Notes: generated by a model not told the origin, from the letters alone. Positions 38,843-49,574 are shown, counted from the first letter of the stretch. The stretch is 64,000 nt of DNA from Betaproteobacteria bacterium (GCA_031366635.1 JANLOP010000066.1:3823-67822); one strand, 5' to 3'. A program made the numbers and translations.

Positions 38843-40372
38843 TCAGCGCAGAAACAGTTGATACACCGGGTTGCCAGTTTCTTCCACACAGGGATAAGCC
38901 AGCGATGCAAGAAAGGCGGTGAACGCCTGCCCGTCTTCCTCGGGCACCTGGATGCCCACCAGGATGCGGCCGTGGTCGGCACCCTGGTTGCGGTAGTGAA
39001 ACAGGCTGATGTTCCAGCCCGGGTGCAGGCTGGACAAAAACCGCATCAGCGCGCCCGGCCGCTCGGGGAAGACGAAGCGGAACAGCCGCTCGTCGGCAGC
39101 CAACTCCGACCGCCCGCCCACCATGTGGCGCACATGCTCTTTGGCCAGCTCGTCGTCGGTCAGGTTGACGGTGGCAAAGCCGTGGCGCTCAAAATTGCGG
39201 GCGATCTTGTCGGCCTCGTCGCGCTTGCTGATGGCCACGCCGACAAACACGTGCGCCTGCTGCGCATGCGAGATGCGGTAGTTGAACTCGGTCACCGCGC
39301 GTGGGCCGATCAACGCACAAAAGCGCTTGAACGAGCCGCGCGCCTCGGGCATCGTCACCGCGTAAATCGCCTCGCGCTGCTCGCCGAACTCGGCCCGCTC
39401 GGCGACAAAGCGCAGCCGGTCGAAGTTCATGTTGGCGCCGCAGGTAATAGCCACCAGCGTCTGGCCCTTCAGCTTGTGCCGCGCCACGTACTGCTTGATG
39501 GCGGCCACGCCCAACGCGCCCGACGGCTCAAGAATGCAGCGCGTGTCGGTGAACACGTCTTTGATCGCAGCACACACCTCGTCGGTATCGACGACCACAA
39601 AATCGTCCACCAACTTGCGCGTCAGGCGGAAGGTTTCTTCGCCCACCAGCTTGACCGCCGTGCCGTCGGCAAACAGCCCGACATCGGTCAAGGTGATGCG
39701 TTTACCGGCTTTGACTGAGCGCAGCATCGCATCGGAATCGCGCGTCTGCACGCCGATCACCAAGATCTCGGGCCGCACCGCCTTGATGTAGCTGGCCACG
39801 CCCGAGATCAAGCCACCACCGCCGATGGCCACAAAGATGGCGTGGATGGCGCCCTGGTGCTGGCGCAGGATTTCCATCGCAATCGTGCCCTGGCCGGCGA
39901 TCACGTCGGGGTCGTCAAACGGGTGCACAAACGTCAATTGCCCGGCTTGCTGCAAGCCCAGTGCATGGTCGTAAGCGTCGCTGTAGCTGTCACCGTGCAG
40001 CACCACCTCACCGCCGAGTGCGGCCACCGCGTCCACCTTGAGCCGGGGCGTGGTCACCGGCATCACGATCACCGCCCTGCAGCCCAGCTTTTTGGCCGAC
40101 AGCGCCACGCCCTGCGCATGGTTGCCGGCCGACGCGCAGATCACGCCGCGCGCCAGCAGCTCGGGCGGCAAGTGAACCATCTTGTTGTAAGCGCCGCGCA
40201 ACTTGAAGCTGAAGACGGGTTGCTGGTCTTCGCGCTTGAGCAGCACCGCATTGCCCAGCCGGCGCGACAGGCTGCGGGCGGCGTCGAGCGGTGACTCAAT
40301 GGCCACGTCGTAGACCCGCGCGGTGAGAATCTTCTTCAGGTAGTCAATGGCGGGGGGCTTGGCGCGGGCCAT
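38843..40372 (-). CDS. ilvA: Threonine ammonia-lyase, biosynthetic
   Basis: KREDQQPVFSFKLRGAYN, SAGNHAQG, C-terminal regulatory FPERPGAL and LFHYRN. Confidence 0.97.
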   Translation of the reverse strand: MARAKPPAIDYLKKILTARVYDVAIESPLDAARSLSRRLGNAVLLKREDQQPVFSFKLRGAYNKMVHLPPELLARGVICASAGNHAQGVALSAKKLGCRAVIVMPVTTPRLKVDAVAALGGEVVLHGDSYSDAYDHALGLQQAGQLTFVHPFDDPDVIAGQGTIAMEILRQHQGAIHAIFVAIGGGGLISGVASYIKAVRPEILVIGVQTRDSDAMLRSVKAGKRITLTDVGLFADGTAVKLVGEETFRLTRKLVDDFVVVDTDEVCAAIKDVFTDTRCILEPSGALGVAAIKQYVARHKLKGQTLVAITCGANMNFDRLRFVAERAEFGEQREAIYAVTMPEARGSFKRFCALIGPRAVTEFNYRISHAQQAHVFVGVAISKRDEADKIARNFERHGFATVNLTDDELAKEHVRHMVGGRSELAADERLFRFVFPERPGALMRFLSSLHPGWNISLFHYRNQGADHGRILVGIQVPEEDGQAFTAFLASLAYPCVEETGNPVYQLFLR

Positions 40373-40468
40373 CCTGGGCGGTCTCCGGCGTGTTCTTCGG
40401 GGTCAGGTTGCTGCGGCGCAGCATGATAGCCGTCACCCTCAGCCGGTTCTTCAACCAGCGCCGGGCAG

Positions 40469-40571
40469 AAAAAAGCCCGGGGTTTGCACCCCGGGCTGAA
40501 TCCACCAGTGGAGGAGGTGGAGGAGACAACTGGCGGGTTGGTGTGTCTGTCTGCCGACAACGCCAACCGAT
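40469..40571 (-). ncRNA. Small RNA with anti-Shine-Dalgarno CU-rich core (resembles betaproteobacterial 'toxic' sRNAs)
   Basis: 5' hairpin, then UGUCUCCUCCACCUCCUCC, then terminator gcccgggg/ccccgggc with U6; own promoter upstream. Confidence 0.72.
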
Positions 40572-40577
40572 GAAGCC

Positions 40578-40606
40578 AGTCTAGCGGCATAAATGCTGCG
40601 CCGCAA
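40578..40606 (-). promoter_or_regulatory. Sigma-70 promoter for the sRNA
   Basis: TTGCGG-N17-TAGACT on the minus strand. Confidence 0.6.
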
Positions 40607-40726
40607 TATGATTGCGGCATCGGCTCTAGGGAGTGCGCTCCAGAGCCTGGGGCAGGCGCGCACGGCTTCGGTGCAGCACTGCAGGGTGGTGGGCTGTTCA
40701 GGGCGGCAAGCCCGAAGGGCGCGACG

Positions 40727-41149
40727 ATGGAATGCACGATTCACTGGGTGCCCGGCAGCGGCATGGGATTTGTCGCCGAGACCGGCAGCGGCCACCTGCT
40801 GACGATGGACGGCGCGCCCGACGGCGGTGGCCGCAACCTGGCGCCCCGGCCGATGGAAATCGTGCTGGCTGGTGCCGGCGCCTGCACCGCCTACGACGTG
40901 GTGCTGATCCTCAAGCGCGGCCGCCATGACGTGACCGGCTGCGAGGTCAAACTGCAAGCCGACCGGGCTGAGGCCGACCCCAAGGTCTTCACCCGCATCA
41001 ACCTGCATTTCACCGTGCGGGGCCGCAAGCTGGCGGCAGCAGCGGTGGCACGCGCCATCGCGCTGTCCCACGACAAATACTGCTCGGCCACCGTCATGCT
41101 GGGCAAAACCGCCGAGATCACCACCAGCCACGAAATCGTTGATGCCTGA
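40727..41149 (+). CDS. OsmC/YhfA family protein
   Basis: PRPMEIVLAGAGACTAYDV, KYCSAT. Confidence 0.9.
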   Translation: MECTIHWVPGSGMGFVAETGSGHLLTMDGAPDGGGRNLAPRPMEIVLAGAGACTAYDVVLILKRGRHDVTGCEVKLQADRAEADPKVFTRINLHFTVRGRKLAAAAVARAIALSHDKYCSATVMLGKTAEITTSHEIVDA

Positions 41150-41181
41150 GCTGGCCAGGCGGCTGTGCCGCCTGCCGGGCG

Positions 41182-41814
41182 TCAGACGACGTGCGCAACG
41201 CGCGTCATCACCCGCGCGGCTGAGCGCATCAGCCAGCGCACCGGGGCTGGCATGGTGGCTGCACCGGCCTGCAGCGCCTGCTCGGCATGGCGCGATTCAT
41301 CGTCTTTCATCTGCGCCACCACCGCGCGTGAAGCCAGGTCCTGCTCGGGCAGGCGTTGCAGGTGGCTGGCCAGGTGCTGCTCAACCTGGCGCTCGGTCTC
41401 GACGACAAAGCCCAGGCTGACGCGGTCACTGGTGCGCCCGGCCAGCAGGCCGATGGCAAAGGCGCCGGCATACCACAGCGGGTTGAGCAGGCTGGGCCGG
41501 CTGCCCAGGTCGGCGAGACGGCGCTCGGTCCAGGCCAGGTGGTCGGTCTCCTCACGCCCCGCCGCCTGCATCTGGGCGCGCAACTCGGGGCTGCGCGCGG
41601 TCAACGCCTGGGCGGCATACAAGGCTTGCGCGCAGACCTCGCCGACGTGATTGACGCGCATCAACGCACCCGACAGGCGCTGCTGCGCCGGTGTCAACGG
41701 GGCGCTGTCGGCTGCGGGCACAGGCAACGGCATCGGGCGCGCGGCAAACGCGCTGCGGCTCAGGGTGCGCAGTGCCAGGTCAGCGCTGCCAATCAGATCG
41801 TCCAGGGCGTTCAT
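41182..41814 (-). CDS. coq7: Demethoxyubiquinone hydroxylase Coq7
   Basis: Di-iron motifs [35 protein letters not shown]. Confidence 0.93.
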   Translation of the reverse strand: MNALDDLIGSADLALRTLSRSAFAARPMPLPVPAADSAPLTPAQQRLSGALMRVNHVGEVCAQALYAAQALTARSPELRAQMQAAGREETDHLAWTERRLADLGSRPSLLNPLWYAGAFAIGLLAGRTSDRVSLGFVVETERQVEQHLASHLQRLPEQDLASRAVVAQMKDDESRHAEQALQAGAATMPAPVRWLMRSAARVMTRVAHVV

Positions 41815-42029
41815 CGGCGGAGGATAGCGCAGCCGGCGCAGACGCCTCGCGTTGTTGCGAGACAACAGGCCAGGGGCTTTTTGGGGGCTAATCTTTGCAT
41901 GGGCGGCGGCCCTCTGGTGCAATAGCGCTAGCTTCCGATGAGGAGGTTGGCCTGACCGGCCCCCCACCAGCTCAGGTGGCGGGTTTTCACGGGATCGGGA
42001 CCTCTTGTTCAACTTAGGAGATACACGCA

Positions 42030-43130
42030 ATGAAAAAGTCTTTAATCGCAGTCGCCGTGCTCGGCGCATTTGCTGGCGTCGCTTCGGCCCAATCCTCCGT
42101 CACGTTGTTCGGCATTGTTGACCTGAGCGTCAACTCGTTCGAAAACCGCAACACTCGGATCCGGTCGATGGACAGCAACCAACTGAACAGCGACCGCCTC
42201 GGCTTTCGCGGTACCGAAGACCTCGGCGGTGGCCTGCTGGCCGGGTTCTGGCTTGAAGGTGGCATTGCGACTGACACGGGCAACGCGGCAGGCTTGAGCT
42301 TCACCCGTCGGTCCACCGTCAGCCTGACCAGCAAGATGGGCGAGATTCGTCTGGGTCGTGACTACACCAACACCTTCTTGAACGTCGCCGGCAATGACGC
42401 TTACGGCGCCAACGGCATGGGCTCGCCGTTCAATATTTACTTGGGTGGCTCTCGTAAGCTGGCCAATGATCTTGTGCTGAGCGACGGCACAACATTGAAG
42501 AAAGATACTGTTGTCAGCAGCACCGGTGCTGCGTTGGGCAGTGGTGCCACCACCGCCGTGCGCGCCGACAACATGGTCGGCTATTTCCTGCCGAGCGGCC
42601 TGGGTGGCATTTCGGGCTCAGTGCAAGTCGCCGCCGGTGAAGGCGTTGTGGGCAACAAATACTACGGCGGCAATCTCGGCTACGCCGCAGGCCCGTTCAG
42701 TGTCTCGGGCGCGTACTCTACAACCTTCGCACTTGGCGGCATCAAGTACAAGGTGGCCAACCTGGCGGGCTCGTTTGATTTCGGCATGGCCAAGCTGTAT
42801 GCCTTCTATGACAAGCGCGGCTACAACGGCCTGACCTACGCCACTTACTCGATCAACGGCAGCGTGCCGTTGGGCCAGGGCGAGTTCCGCGCCGGCTACA
42901 CCCGGGGTGACGCAAAGGGCGGCGCTACCAACGCAGACGATGCCCAGTTGTTCGGCGTTGAGTACATCTACAACCTGTCAAAGCGCACGGCGCTGTACAC
43001 CCAGTACGGGCGCCTGACCAACAAGGGCGCGTCCGCGCTCAGCCTGGGTGGCGTGGTCAGCGCTGCTGACGCCGCTGCGGGTGGGTTCAAATCCCAGGGC
43101 TACGGCGTTGGTGTTCGTCACTCGTTCTGA
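42030..43130 (+). CDS. Outer membrane porin (betaproteobacterial Omp32-type)
   Basis: [11 protein letters not shown] signal, [31 protein letters not shown], ends GVRHSF. Confidence 0.95.
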   Translation: MKKSLIAVAVLGAFAGVASAQSSVTLFGIVDLSVNSFENRNTRIRSMDSNQLNSDRLGFRGTEDLGGGLLAGFWLEGGIATDTGNAAGLSFTRRSTVSLTSKMGEIRLGRDYTNTFLNVAGNDAYGANGMGSPFNIYLGGSRKLANDLVLSDGTTLKKDTVVSSTGAALGSGATTAVRADNMVGYFLPSGLGGISGSVQVAAGEGVVGNKYYGGNLGYAAGPFSVSGAYSTTFALGGIKYKVANLAGSFDFGMAKLYAFYDKRGYNGLTYATYSINGSVPLGQGEFRAGYTRGDAKGGATNADDAQLFGVEYIYNLSKRTALYTQYGRLTNKGASALSLGGVVSAADAAAGGFKSQGYGVGVRHSF

Positions 43131-43184
43131 TGTTGGCGGGCTCGGCCTGACGTTTGGTTGAGCCCGTGGTTTGAGGTTTGTGAC

Positions 43185-43208
43185 ACGCCGCCTTCGGGCG
43201 GCGTTTTT
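43185..43208 (+). terminator. Intrinsic terminator after porin
   Basis: acgccgcc-ttcg-ggcggcgt followed by tttt. Confidence 0.85.
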
Positions 43209-43377
43209 ACTGGGCGCCCCGTTTGATGCGATTTGCCGTCGGCTTGCAACGGCGTTGTCAACCGAAACGCGGTGCCAAGCGTCTAAGGTTGACCCGACCG
43301 CAAGATCACAAACCTGCATCAAGCCTGTCGGCCCCCTGTTTCCGGTCCCTTTCAATCGTTGTACCAGGAGTTAAGCC

Positions 43378-43725
43378 ATGAAAAAGATTGCCCTCATTTC
43401 CGCCCTCGTTTTGTCCAATGCGCTGGTCTTCTCGGCCTTCGCTCAAACCACCCGCGCCGAAGTCAAGGCCGACGCGGCCTCGTCGGTGAAAAGCGGCGGC
43501 ACGCCCAAGGGTGACATCACTGTGGCGCCGAAAGCCAAGTCGACCGCCGCCCGCGCCGATGTGAAGAAGGACGCCGCTGCCGCCGAAAAGGCAGGCACCA
43601 TCGAAGCCGGCGAAGTGGCCAAAGAGCCGAAGGTCAAATCGGTCAAGTCGCGTGCTGAAGTCAAGGCCGAGACGAAAGAGGCCGTGAAGAAGGGCGAAGC
43701 CTCCCCGGGCCAAGGCACGAAGTAA
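43378..43725 (+). CDS. Small secreted Lys/Ala-rich protein with three (K)SRAEVKA-type repeats (DUF4148-like)
   Basis: Signal peptide ending AFA; TRAEVKADA, ARADVKKDA, SRAEVKAET; AGGAG RBS. Confidence 0.8.
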   Translation: MKKIALISALVLSNALVFSAFAQTTRAEVKADAASSVKSGGTPKGDITVAPKAKSTAARADVKKDAAAAEKAGTIEAGEVAKEPKVKSVKSRAEVKAETKEAVKKGEASPGQGTK

Positions 43726-43785
43726 GTTTCAGCCCGCACTGCCGGCGGCCCCACGCGGCTGCCCGGCCCAGTGGGTGAATGTTGC

Positions 43786-43810
43786 AAGGCGCTCTGCGGA
43801 GCGCCTTTTT
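43786..43810 (+). terminator. Intrinsic terminator
   Basis: aaggcgctc-tgcg-gagcgcc followed by ttttt. Confidence 0.8.
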
Positions 43811-43929
43811 GCTGGGCGCCTGGCTTGCTGACGGCGATCAGCCCGCCCCGGACGGCCCCCGCTGACACCCGCCATGCCACTGCGCACCGGATCGGCCCTC
43901 AAACCCTGCCCCGGCTGCACGGACCGCCC

Positions 43930-45639
43930 TTGACGCCTGCCTATCCGTCTTCAAACGCAATCTGCGGTGGCTGGGTTGCCACGCTGCTGGTGGCCTGGCT
44001 GCTGGCGCCCCACCCGGCGGCGGCCCAGCCACCGCGCGCAGCGCCAGCGCCCGACAACGCCCTGCCCGCCGCCGTGGCCAGGGCGTTGCAACAAGCCCAG
44101 GTGCCGGCCGCTGCGCTGGCGGCGATGGTGCTGCCCGCCACAGCCGCCACAGCCGCCAACGCGGCCAAAGCCACCAACGCGGCCACAGCGGCCCCGTCGG
44201 GCCGGCACAGCGCCAGCCCGCGCTGGCAAGTGCAGCCCGACCGGCCGATGCCGCCGGCGTCCACCCTCAAGCTGCTGACCACCGTGGTGGCGCTTGACCG
44301 GCTGGGGCCCAACCACCGGGGCTTTACCGATCTGCTCAGCGCCGCCGCGCTGCAAGGCGATGTGCTGGCCGGTGACCTGGTGCTGCGCGGCGGCGCCGAC
44401 CCCGAGCTGGGCCTGGCGCAACTGGGCGCGCTGCTGGCCGAGTTGCGCTGGCTGGGCGTGCGTGAGATCGCCGGGGACATCGTGCTGGACCGCCAACTGT
44501 TCCGCCCGGCCCTGCCGGATGCCGCCACGCCGCCGTTTGACGAGTGGCCCGAGCTGGCCTACAACGTCGTGCCGGATGCGCTGGCGCTGACGCAGAACCT
44601 GATGGGCCTGGAAATCAGCAGCCAGGATGCGGGCCAGCCCGGCGCGGTGCTGGCGCGCGCCCTGCCGCCACTGCCCGGGGTGGAGATCGACGCCAGCGCG
44701 TTGCGCCTGACCGACCGCCCCTGCCGCGATTGGGCTGAGGACTGGGCCAGCCCGCCGCTGCGCACCGAGGCCGCACCGGGGCGGCTGCGCATCGCTTTGC
44801 GCGGCGGCTTTCCAAAAGACTGCACCCAGCGTACCGGCCTGGCATTGATCGACCGCAATGCGCTGGCCGAGCGCCATTTGCGCTGGGTCTGGCAGGGCCT
44901 GGGCGGCCAGTGGCAGGGCCAGGTGCGCGACGCCGATGCGCCGCTGGTGGTGGCATCAACCGCCGCACAAGCCACCGCACCCGGCAACGCAGAAGCCACC
45001 GAACCCGCACCTGCCACCACACCAACCACCGCAGAAACCCCGCCCCACGCCACGCCACCCCCACTGCGCCTGCTGGCGCGGCGCTGGTCACGGCCCTGGG
45101 GCGAGCTGCTGCGCGGCATGAACAAGCAGTCTGACAACCCCAGCGCGCGCCTGCTCTACCTGTCGCTGGGCCTGGCCGCAATGGCCGACCAGCCCACCGC
45201 CGCCACCGCCGATCTGGCCGCGCGCAGCGTGTTGGCCTGGCTGGATGAGCAGCACATCCCCACTGCCGGGCTGGTGCTGGACAACGGCTCGGGCCTGTCG
45301 CGCAGCGAGCGCATCACGCCGCGCCAGATGGTGATGCTGCTGCAAGCGGCGCAGACCAGCCGCTGGGCGCCCGAGTTGATGGCCAGCCTGCCGGTGGCCG
45401 GGGTGGACGGATCGATGCGCCATCGGCTGACAACCAGCCGGGCGGCCGGCTGGGCCCGGCTCAAAAGCGGCTCACTGAAAGACGTGGTGGCCCTCGCCGG
45501 TTATGTGCCCGACCCGAAAGGCAGGTTATGGGCGCTGGCGGCGATGGTGCACCACGACCAGGCGCTGGCGGCCCGGCCGGCGCTGGACGCGCTGGTCGAT
45601 TGGGTGGCCAGCGGCGGCATGTCGCGGGCCCGGCCGTGA
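43930..45639 (+). CDS. dacB: D-Ala-D-Ala carboxypeptidase/endopeptidase (PBP4, peptidase S13); start uncertain
   Basis: PASTLK (SxxK), SDN, DNGSGLSR, KSG triad motifs. Confidence 0.88.
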   Translation: MTPAYPSSNAICGGWVATLLVAWLLAPHPAAAQPPRAAPAPDNALPAAVARALQQAQVPAAALAAMVLPATAATAANAAKATNAATAAPSGRHSASPRWQVQPDRPMPPASTLKLLTTVVALDRLGPNHRGFTDLLSAAALQGDVLAGDLVLRGGADPELGLAQLGALLAELRWLGVREIAGDIVLDRQLFRPALPDAATPPFDEWPELAYNVVPDALALTQNLMGLEISSQDAGQPGAVLARALPPLPGVEIDASALRLTDRPCRDWAEDWASPPLRTEAAPGRLRIALRGGFPKDCTQRTGLALIDRNALAERHLRWVWQGLGGQWQGQVRDADAPLVVASTAAQATAPGNAEATEPAPATTPTTAETPPHATPPPLRLLARRWSRPWGELLRGMNKQSDNPSARLLYLSLGLAAMADQPTAATADLAARSVLAWLDEQHIPTAGLVLDNGSGLSRSERITPRQMVMLLQAAQTSRWAPELMASLPVAGVDGSMRHRLTTSRAAGWARLKSGSLKDVVALAGYVPDPKGRLWALAAMVHHDQALAARPALDALVDWVASGGMSRARP

Positions 45640-45666
45640 CCCCAGCTTTGCGCCGCCAGCGCGCCG

Positions 45667-45694
45667 TGGCCTGGCCTGGCCTGGCCTGGCCTGG
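45667..45694. repeat. 5-bp tandem repeat (tggcc)x5 between convergent genes
   Basis: Read directly. Confidence 0.8.
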
Positions 45695-45696
45695 GC

Positions 45697-46805
45697 TTAT
45701 TTGGCCCAGATCTTCTTGTAATGATCCCGGTAGCCGTTGTCGGGGTCGAACAGGTTTTTCGGCCCGCCGTCCTTGGCGACGTTCTCGGCCGTGACCAAAT
45801 GCACTTTGGGCACATAGCCCGACCACGGCGTCTTGGCAAAGGCCCGGTTCAGCTCATCGATGATTTGCCAGCCCTGCATGTTCAGCGGCTCGGGCACCGT
45901 GCCGGCCTGGAAGCGCTTGCTGCGGATGCGCTGGTAGGCCGCTTCTGAGCCGTCACCGGCCGACACCGCCTTCGGGTTGCCGTCGCCCTTTTTGCCGGCC
46001 GACGTGAGCGACGGGCCCATGAAGTCGAAGTACAGATCGTTGATGGCCAGTGAGTGCGTCCACTTGTCGCCAAAGCGCTGCAGCAGCGAGGTCGTCAACT
46101 GCGGCATGCGGGTTGAGCTTTCACTGATCGGGCTGTCTTCGAAGCTCAGCACGGTGCAGCCACCGCATTTCTTGATCGCCGCCTCCATCGCCCGGGCCTT
46201 GTACAGCGCGATGGCGTACTGGGAGTCGGTGAAGATCACCACCCCGGCCTTGCCGCCGGAATCAACCACCGCCCACGATGCCGCCGTGTCGGCCACGTCG
46301 TCGGTGACGGTGCTGACATTGGCAAACAGCCCGGCTTTGTCATTCGGCCCGGGCTTTTCGCCCGAATGCCAGCCGACCAGCGGCACGCCGGATTTGGCCG
46401 CGCCCTCAAAGGCCGCTTTTTGCTCGGTGGTATCAAAGCCACCCACCACGATGCCGGCCGGTTTGACGGCCAGCGCCTGGTTGAGTGCGGCGGTGCGCCC
46501 GCTCACCGAGCCCTGGCCGTCGATCACCCGCACCGTCCAGCCGATGGCCGCACCGGCCTCCTCAACGCCTTTGCTGACGCCGACGATGCCGCCGTTTTTC
46601 ATGTCACCGGCAACAAACACGATGGTTTTGCCGGCAGCGGCCTTGGGCCGGCGCTCGGGCCGTCCCACTTTTCTTTGGTCATCGTCGCCACCGCGATCTT
46701 CTTTTTTGCGCTGTCCAGAAAGTCGTCGGCCAGGGCGTGGCTGGCCAAGCCGGTGGCGCACAGCGCCAGCAGGGCGGCGTGCACGGGGTTGCGGGCAAAG
46801 GTCAT
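45697..46805 (-). pseudogene. Sugar ABC transporter substrate-binding protein, frameshifted near 46646 (real or sequencing error)
   Basis: Signal peptide MTFARNPVHAALLALCATGLASHALA...KWDGPSAG is in one frame and PKAAAGKTIVF...DGQG...NDLYF in another; one extra C restores GPKAAAG. Confidence 0.75.
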
Positions 46806-46833
46806 CGTCGTCTCCTTGGGCTGTGCGCCCGTT

Positions 46834-47964
46834 TCAGTGGGTGGCCGCACGGTCGGCGGCCTGGGGTGGATTCTGGGGCGCCTCGCTCGCCAGTTGGCCG
46901 GGTGTGTCGAACGCCAACTGGCGTTGGGCAATGCGCCGTTTGATCGACAGGTTGCGCCGTTGCTGGGCCCAGCCGGCGATGCCGATGGACACCAGCAAGG
47001 TGAGGCCGTTGAACAGCGGCTCTACATAAAACGCGCCGCCAAACTGCTGGATACCCGAGATGCCGATGGCCAGGATGGCCACCCCCACCAGCGTGCCCCA
47101 GACATTCACGCGGCCGGGCCGGATGGTGGTCGAGCCCAGAAACGCGCCGACCAGGGCCGGCAGCAAAAACTCCAGCCCGACGCTGGCCTGGCCGATCTGC
47201 AGCCGGCTGGCCAGCAACACGCCGGCAAAACCCGACAGCAGGCCCGAGGCGACAAAGGCGCCGATGACATGGCGGCGCACCGAAATGCCGTTGAGTTGCG
47301 CCGCCTTTGGGTTGGCGCCGATGACATACAGCGCCCGGCCGAGCGGGGTGAACTCGGTCACCAGCCAAAGCCCCAGGCTGACCACCAACACATAAAACGC
47401 GCCGATCGGCAGGCCGAGAAAATTGCCCCCGGCGACTGCCAGAAAGCCGTCCGGCAGCTCACCCACCACCTGGCGGCCGCCGCTGTGCCACATCGCCAGC
47501 GCATAAATCACCGTGCCGGTGCCCAGCGTGGCGATGAACGAGTCGATCTGCACCTTCTCCACCAGCAAGCCGTTCAGCACCCCGGCCGCTGCCGAGCAGG
47601 CCAGGACCGCCAGCACCGCCACCGGCCAGGGCAGGCCGTAACGGGTTTGCAGGCTGATGGCCAGGATGTGCCACAGCACGATGCCGTAGCCCACCGTCAA
47701 ATCGATTTTTCCGGTGATCATCGGGATGGTGGCGGCCAGCGCCAGCAGCGCGATCACCGACTTGTCCGACAGGATGGCGCGCAGGTTGAACAGCGTGGGA
47801 AAGGTGCCGGGCAGCAGCACCGAGAACAGCAGCGCCAGGCCGACGGTGAGCATCACCAGACCATAAACCGGGATGGCGCGCAGCAGGCGCTGAGCCCCGC
47901 TGGGCGCGTCGCCGTCGAGTGACGGGTCGGGCTCCAAAGCGGTGGACTGGATGGAGTTGGCCAT
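46834..47964 (-). CDS. Sugar ABC transporter permease (RbsC-like)
   Basis: GKIDLTVG, SFIATLG, GRALYVIGANPKAAQLNGI. Confidence 0.92.
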   Translation of the reverse strand: MANSIQSTALEPDPSLDGDAPSGAQRLLRAIPVYGLVMLTVGLALLFSVLLPGTFPTLFNLRAILSDKSVIALLALAATIPMITGKIDLTVGYGIVLWHILAISLQTRYGLPWPVAVLAVLACSAAAGVLNGLLVEKVQIDSFIATLGTGTVIYALAMWHSGGRQVVGELPDGFLAVAGGNFLGLPIGAFYVLVVSLGLWLVTEFTPLGRALYVIGANPKAAQLNGISVRRHVIGAFVASGLLSGFAGVLLASRLQIGQASVGLEFLLPALVGAFLGSTTIRPGRVNVWGTLVGVAILAIGISGIQQFGGAFYVEPLFNGLTLLVSIGIAGWAQQRRNLSIKRRIAQRQLAFDTPGQLASEAPQNPPQAADRAATH

Positions 47965-47981
47965 GTCAGCCCCTCGGCCGA

Positions 47982-49574
47982 TCAGGCCCTCGGCCGATCC
48001 CCCAAGGGGATTTGCCGCGCGTCATGCGGCCAGCACCTCGACCGGCTGCGCCCGCCCGCCGCCAGCGCCAGCAGACGCTCGACGGTGATCTCGGTGCCCG
48101 TCAATTCGGCGGCGATCAGCCCGTTGCGGAACACCAGCACCCGGGTGCAGACGGTGGCCACCTCCTCAAAATCGGTGGACACCACCAGCAGGGCTGTGCC
48201 GGCCGCCGCCCGCGCCCGCAGCACGCCGTAGATCTGTCGCTTGGCGCCCACGTCCACGCCGGCGGTGGGCTCTTCCAGCAGCACCAGCGGTTTGTCGAGC
48301 GCAAACCAGCGCGCCAGCACCACTTTTTGCTGGTTGCCACCCGAGAGCTGCTGCACCTCGGCGGCCGGCGCCGGTGGGTTGACATCAAACTGGCGGATCA
48401 GCGCCCAGGCCCGGCCGGTCTCGCGTCGGCGCCGGCCCCACGACAAACCCCGGTCGCCGTGCAACGGCGGGTTGGGGAACAGGTTTTCCAGCACGCTCAT
48501 CGACGCCGCCAGGTTCTCGTCCAGCCGCTCACTGGCCACACAGGCCACCCCGGCGCGGATGGCGTCGGCCGGAGCGCGAAAAACGCAGTCCTGGCCCAGC
48601 AGACACAGGCGGCCGGCGGACAGCGGCTCACGGCCGAAGACGGCCCGGCTGATGGCCTCATGGCCGGCGCCGCGCAGGCCCACCAGGCCCAGCACCTCAC
48701 CGGCGTGCACCACCAGGCTGAGCGGGCCGGCATTGCCGCTGGCCGCGCCGTCAAGTTGCAGCACGGGCCGCTGCGGCGCTTGCGTCAGGCCTGGCGCTGC
48801 GGCCTTGGGCGCGCTGGCCGACAAGGCTTTGCCGACGATCCAGCGCACCAGCTCGGCCTCGCTGGTCAGCGCCGTGTCTTGCACCGCCACCAGCTTGCCG
48901 TCGCGCATCACCGCCGCCCGGTCCGATATCGCCAGCACCTCGTCCAGCCGGTGCGAGACGTAAATCATCGCCATGCCCTGGGCGCGCAGCCCGCGCAGCA
49001 CGCCAAACAGCCGCTGCACATCGGCCATCGGCAGGCTGGCGGACGGCTCGTCCAGCACCAGCAGCCGGGCCTGCACGGCCAGCGCCCGGCCGATAGCCAG
49101 CAGCGACTTTTCGGCCCGGGTGAGTGAAAACACGCGCCGCTGAGGGTCGATGTTGCAGCCCACCCGGGCCATCACCCGGCGCGCAGCGGCGTCGGCGGCG
49201 CGCCAGTCGATCAGGCCGAAGCGGCGCGGATAGCCCGTGCCCAGCGCCACGTTTTCGGCCACCGTCATCCACTCGACCAGACCCAAATCCTGGTGAATGA
49301 AGGCGACCGGCTGATGGGCTTTGTTTGAACTGCGCCAAGCCGCCTGCGGCCGGCCGTCAAACCAGATCTCACCGCTGTCGGCCGGGTAGATGCCGGCCAG
49401 CAGCTTGATGAGGGTGGATTTGCCGGCGCCGTTTTCACCCAGCAGCGCCAGGATTTCACCGGCCCGCACGTCCAGCGTCACCGCGTCCACCGCCTGCGTG
49501 CCACCAAAGCGCTTGCTGACGGCCTGGAATTGCAGCAGCGCCGGGGCCGGCGTGGGCTGGGCCGCCGCGCTCAC
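47982..49574 (-). CDS. Sugar ABC transporter ATP-binding protein (RbsA-like, two ABC domains)
   Basis: GENGAGKSTL, LDEPSASL, LSGGNQQKV, EEPTAGVDVGAK; GTGA overlap with the upstream gene. Confidence 0.93.
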   Translation of the reverse strand: MSAAAQPTPAPALLQFQAVSKRFGGTQAVDAVTLDVRAGEILALLGENGAGKSTLIKLLAGIYPADSGEIWFDGRPQAAWRSSNKAHQPVAFIHQDLGLVEWMTVAENVALGTGYPRRFGLIDWRAADAAARRVMARVGCNIDPQRRVFSLTRAEKSLLAIGRALAVQARLLVLDEPSASLPMADVQRLFGVLRGLRAQGMAMIYVSHRLDEVLAISDRAAVMRDGKLVAVQDTALTSEAELVRWIVGKALSASAPKAAAPGLTQAPQRPVLQLDGAASGNAGPLSLVVHAGEVLGLVGLRGAGHEAISRAVFGREPLSAGRLCLLGQDCVFRAPADAIRAGVACVASERLDENLAASMSVLENLFPNPPLHGDRGLSWGRRRRETGRAWALIRQFDVNPPAPAAEVQQLSGGNQQKVVLARWFALDKPLVLLEEPTAGVDVGAKRQIYGVLRARAAAGTALLVVSTDFEEVATVCTRVLVFRNGLIAAELTGTEITVERLLALAAGGRSRSRCWPHDARQIPLGDRPRA

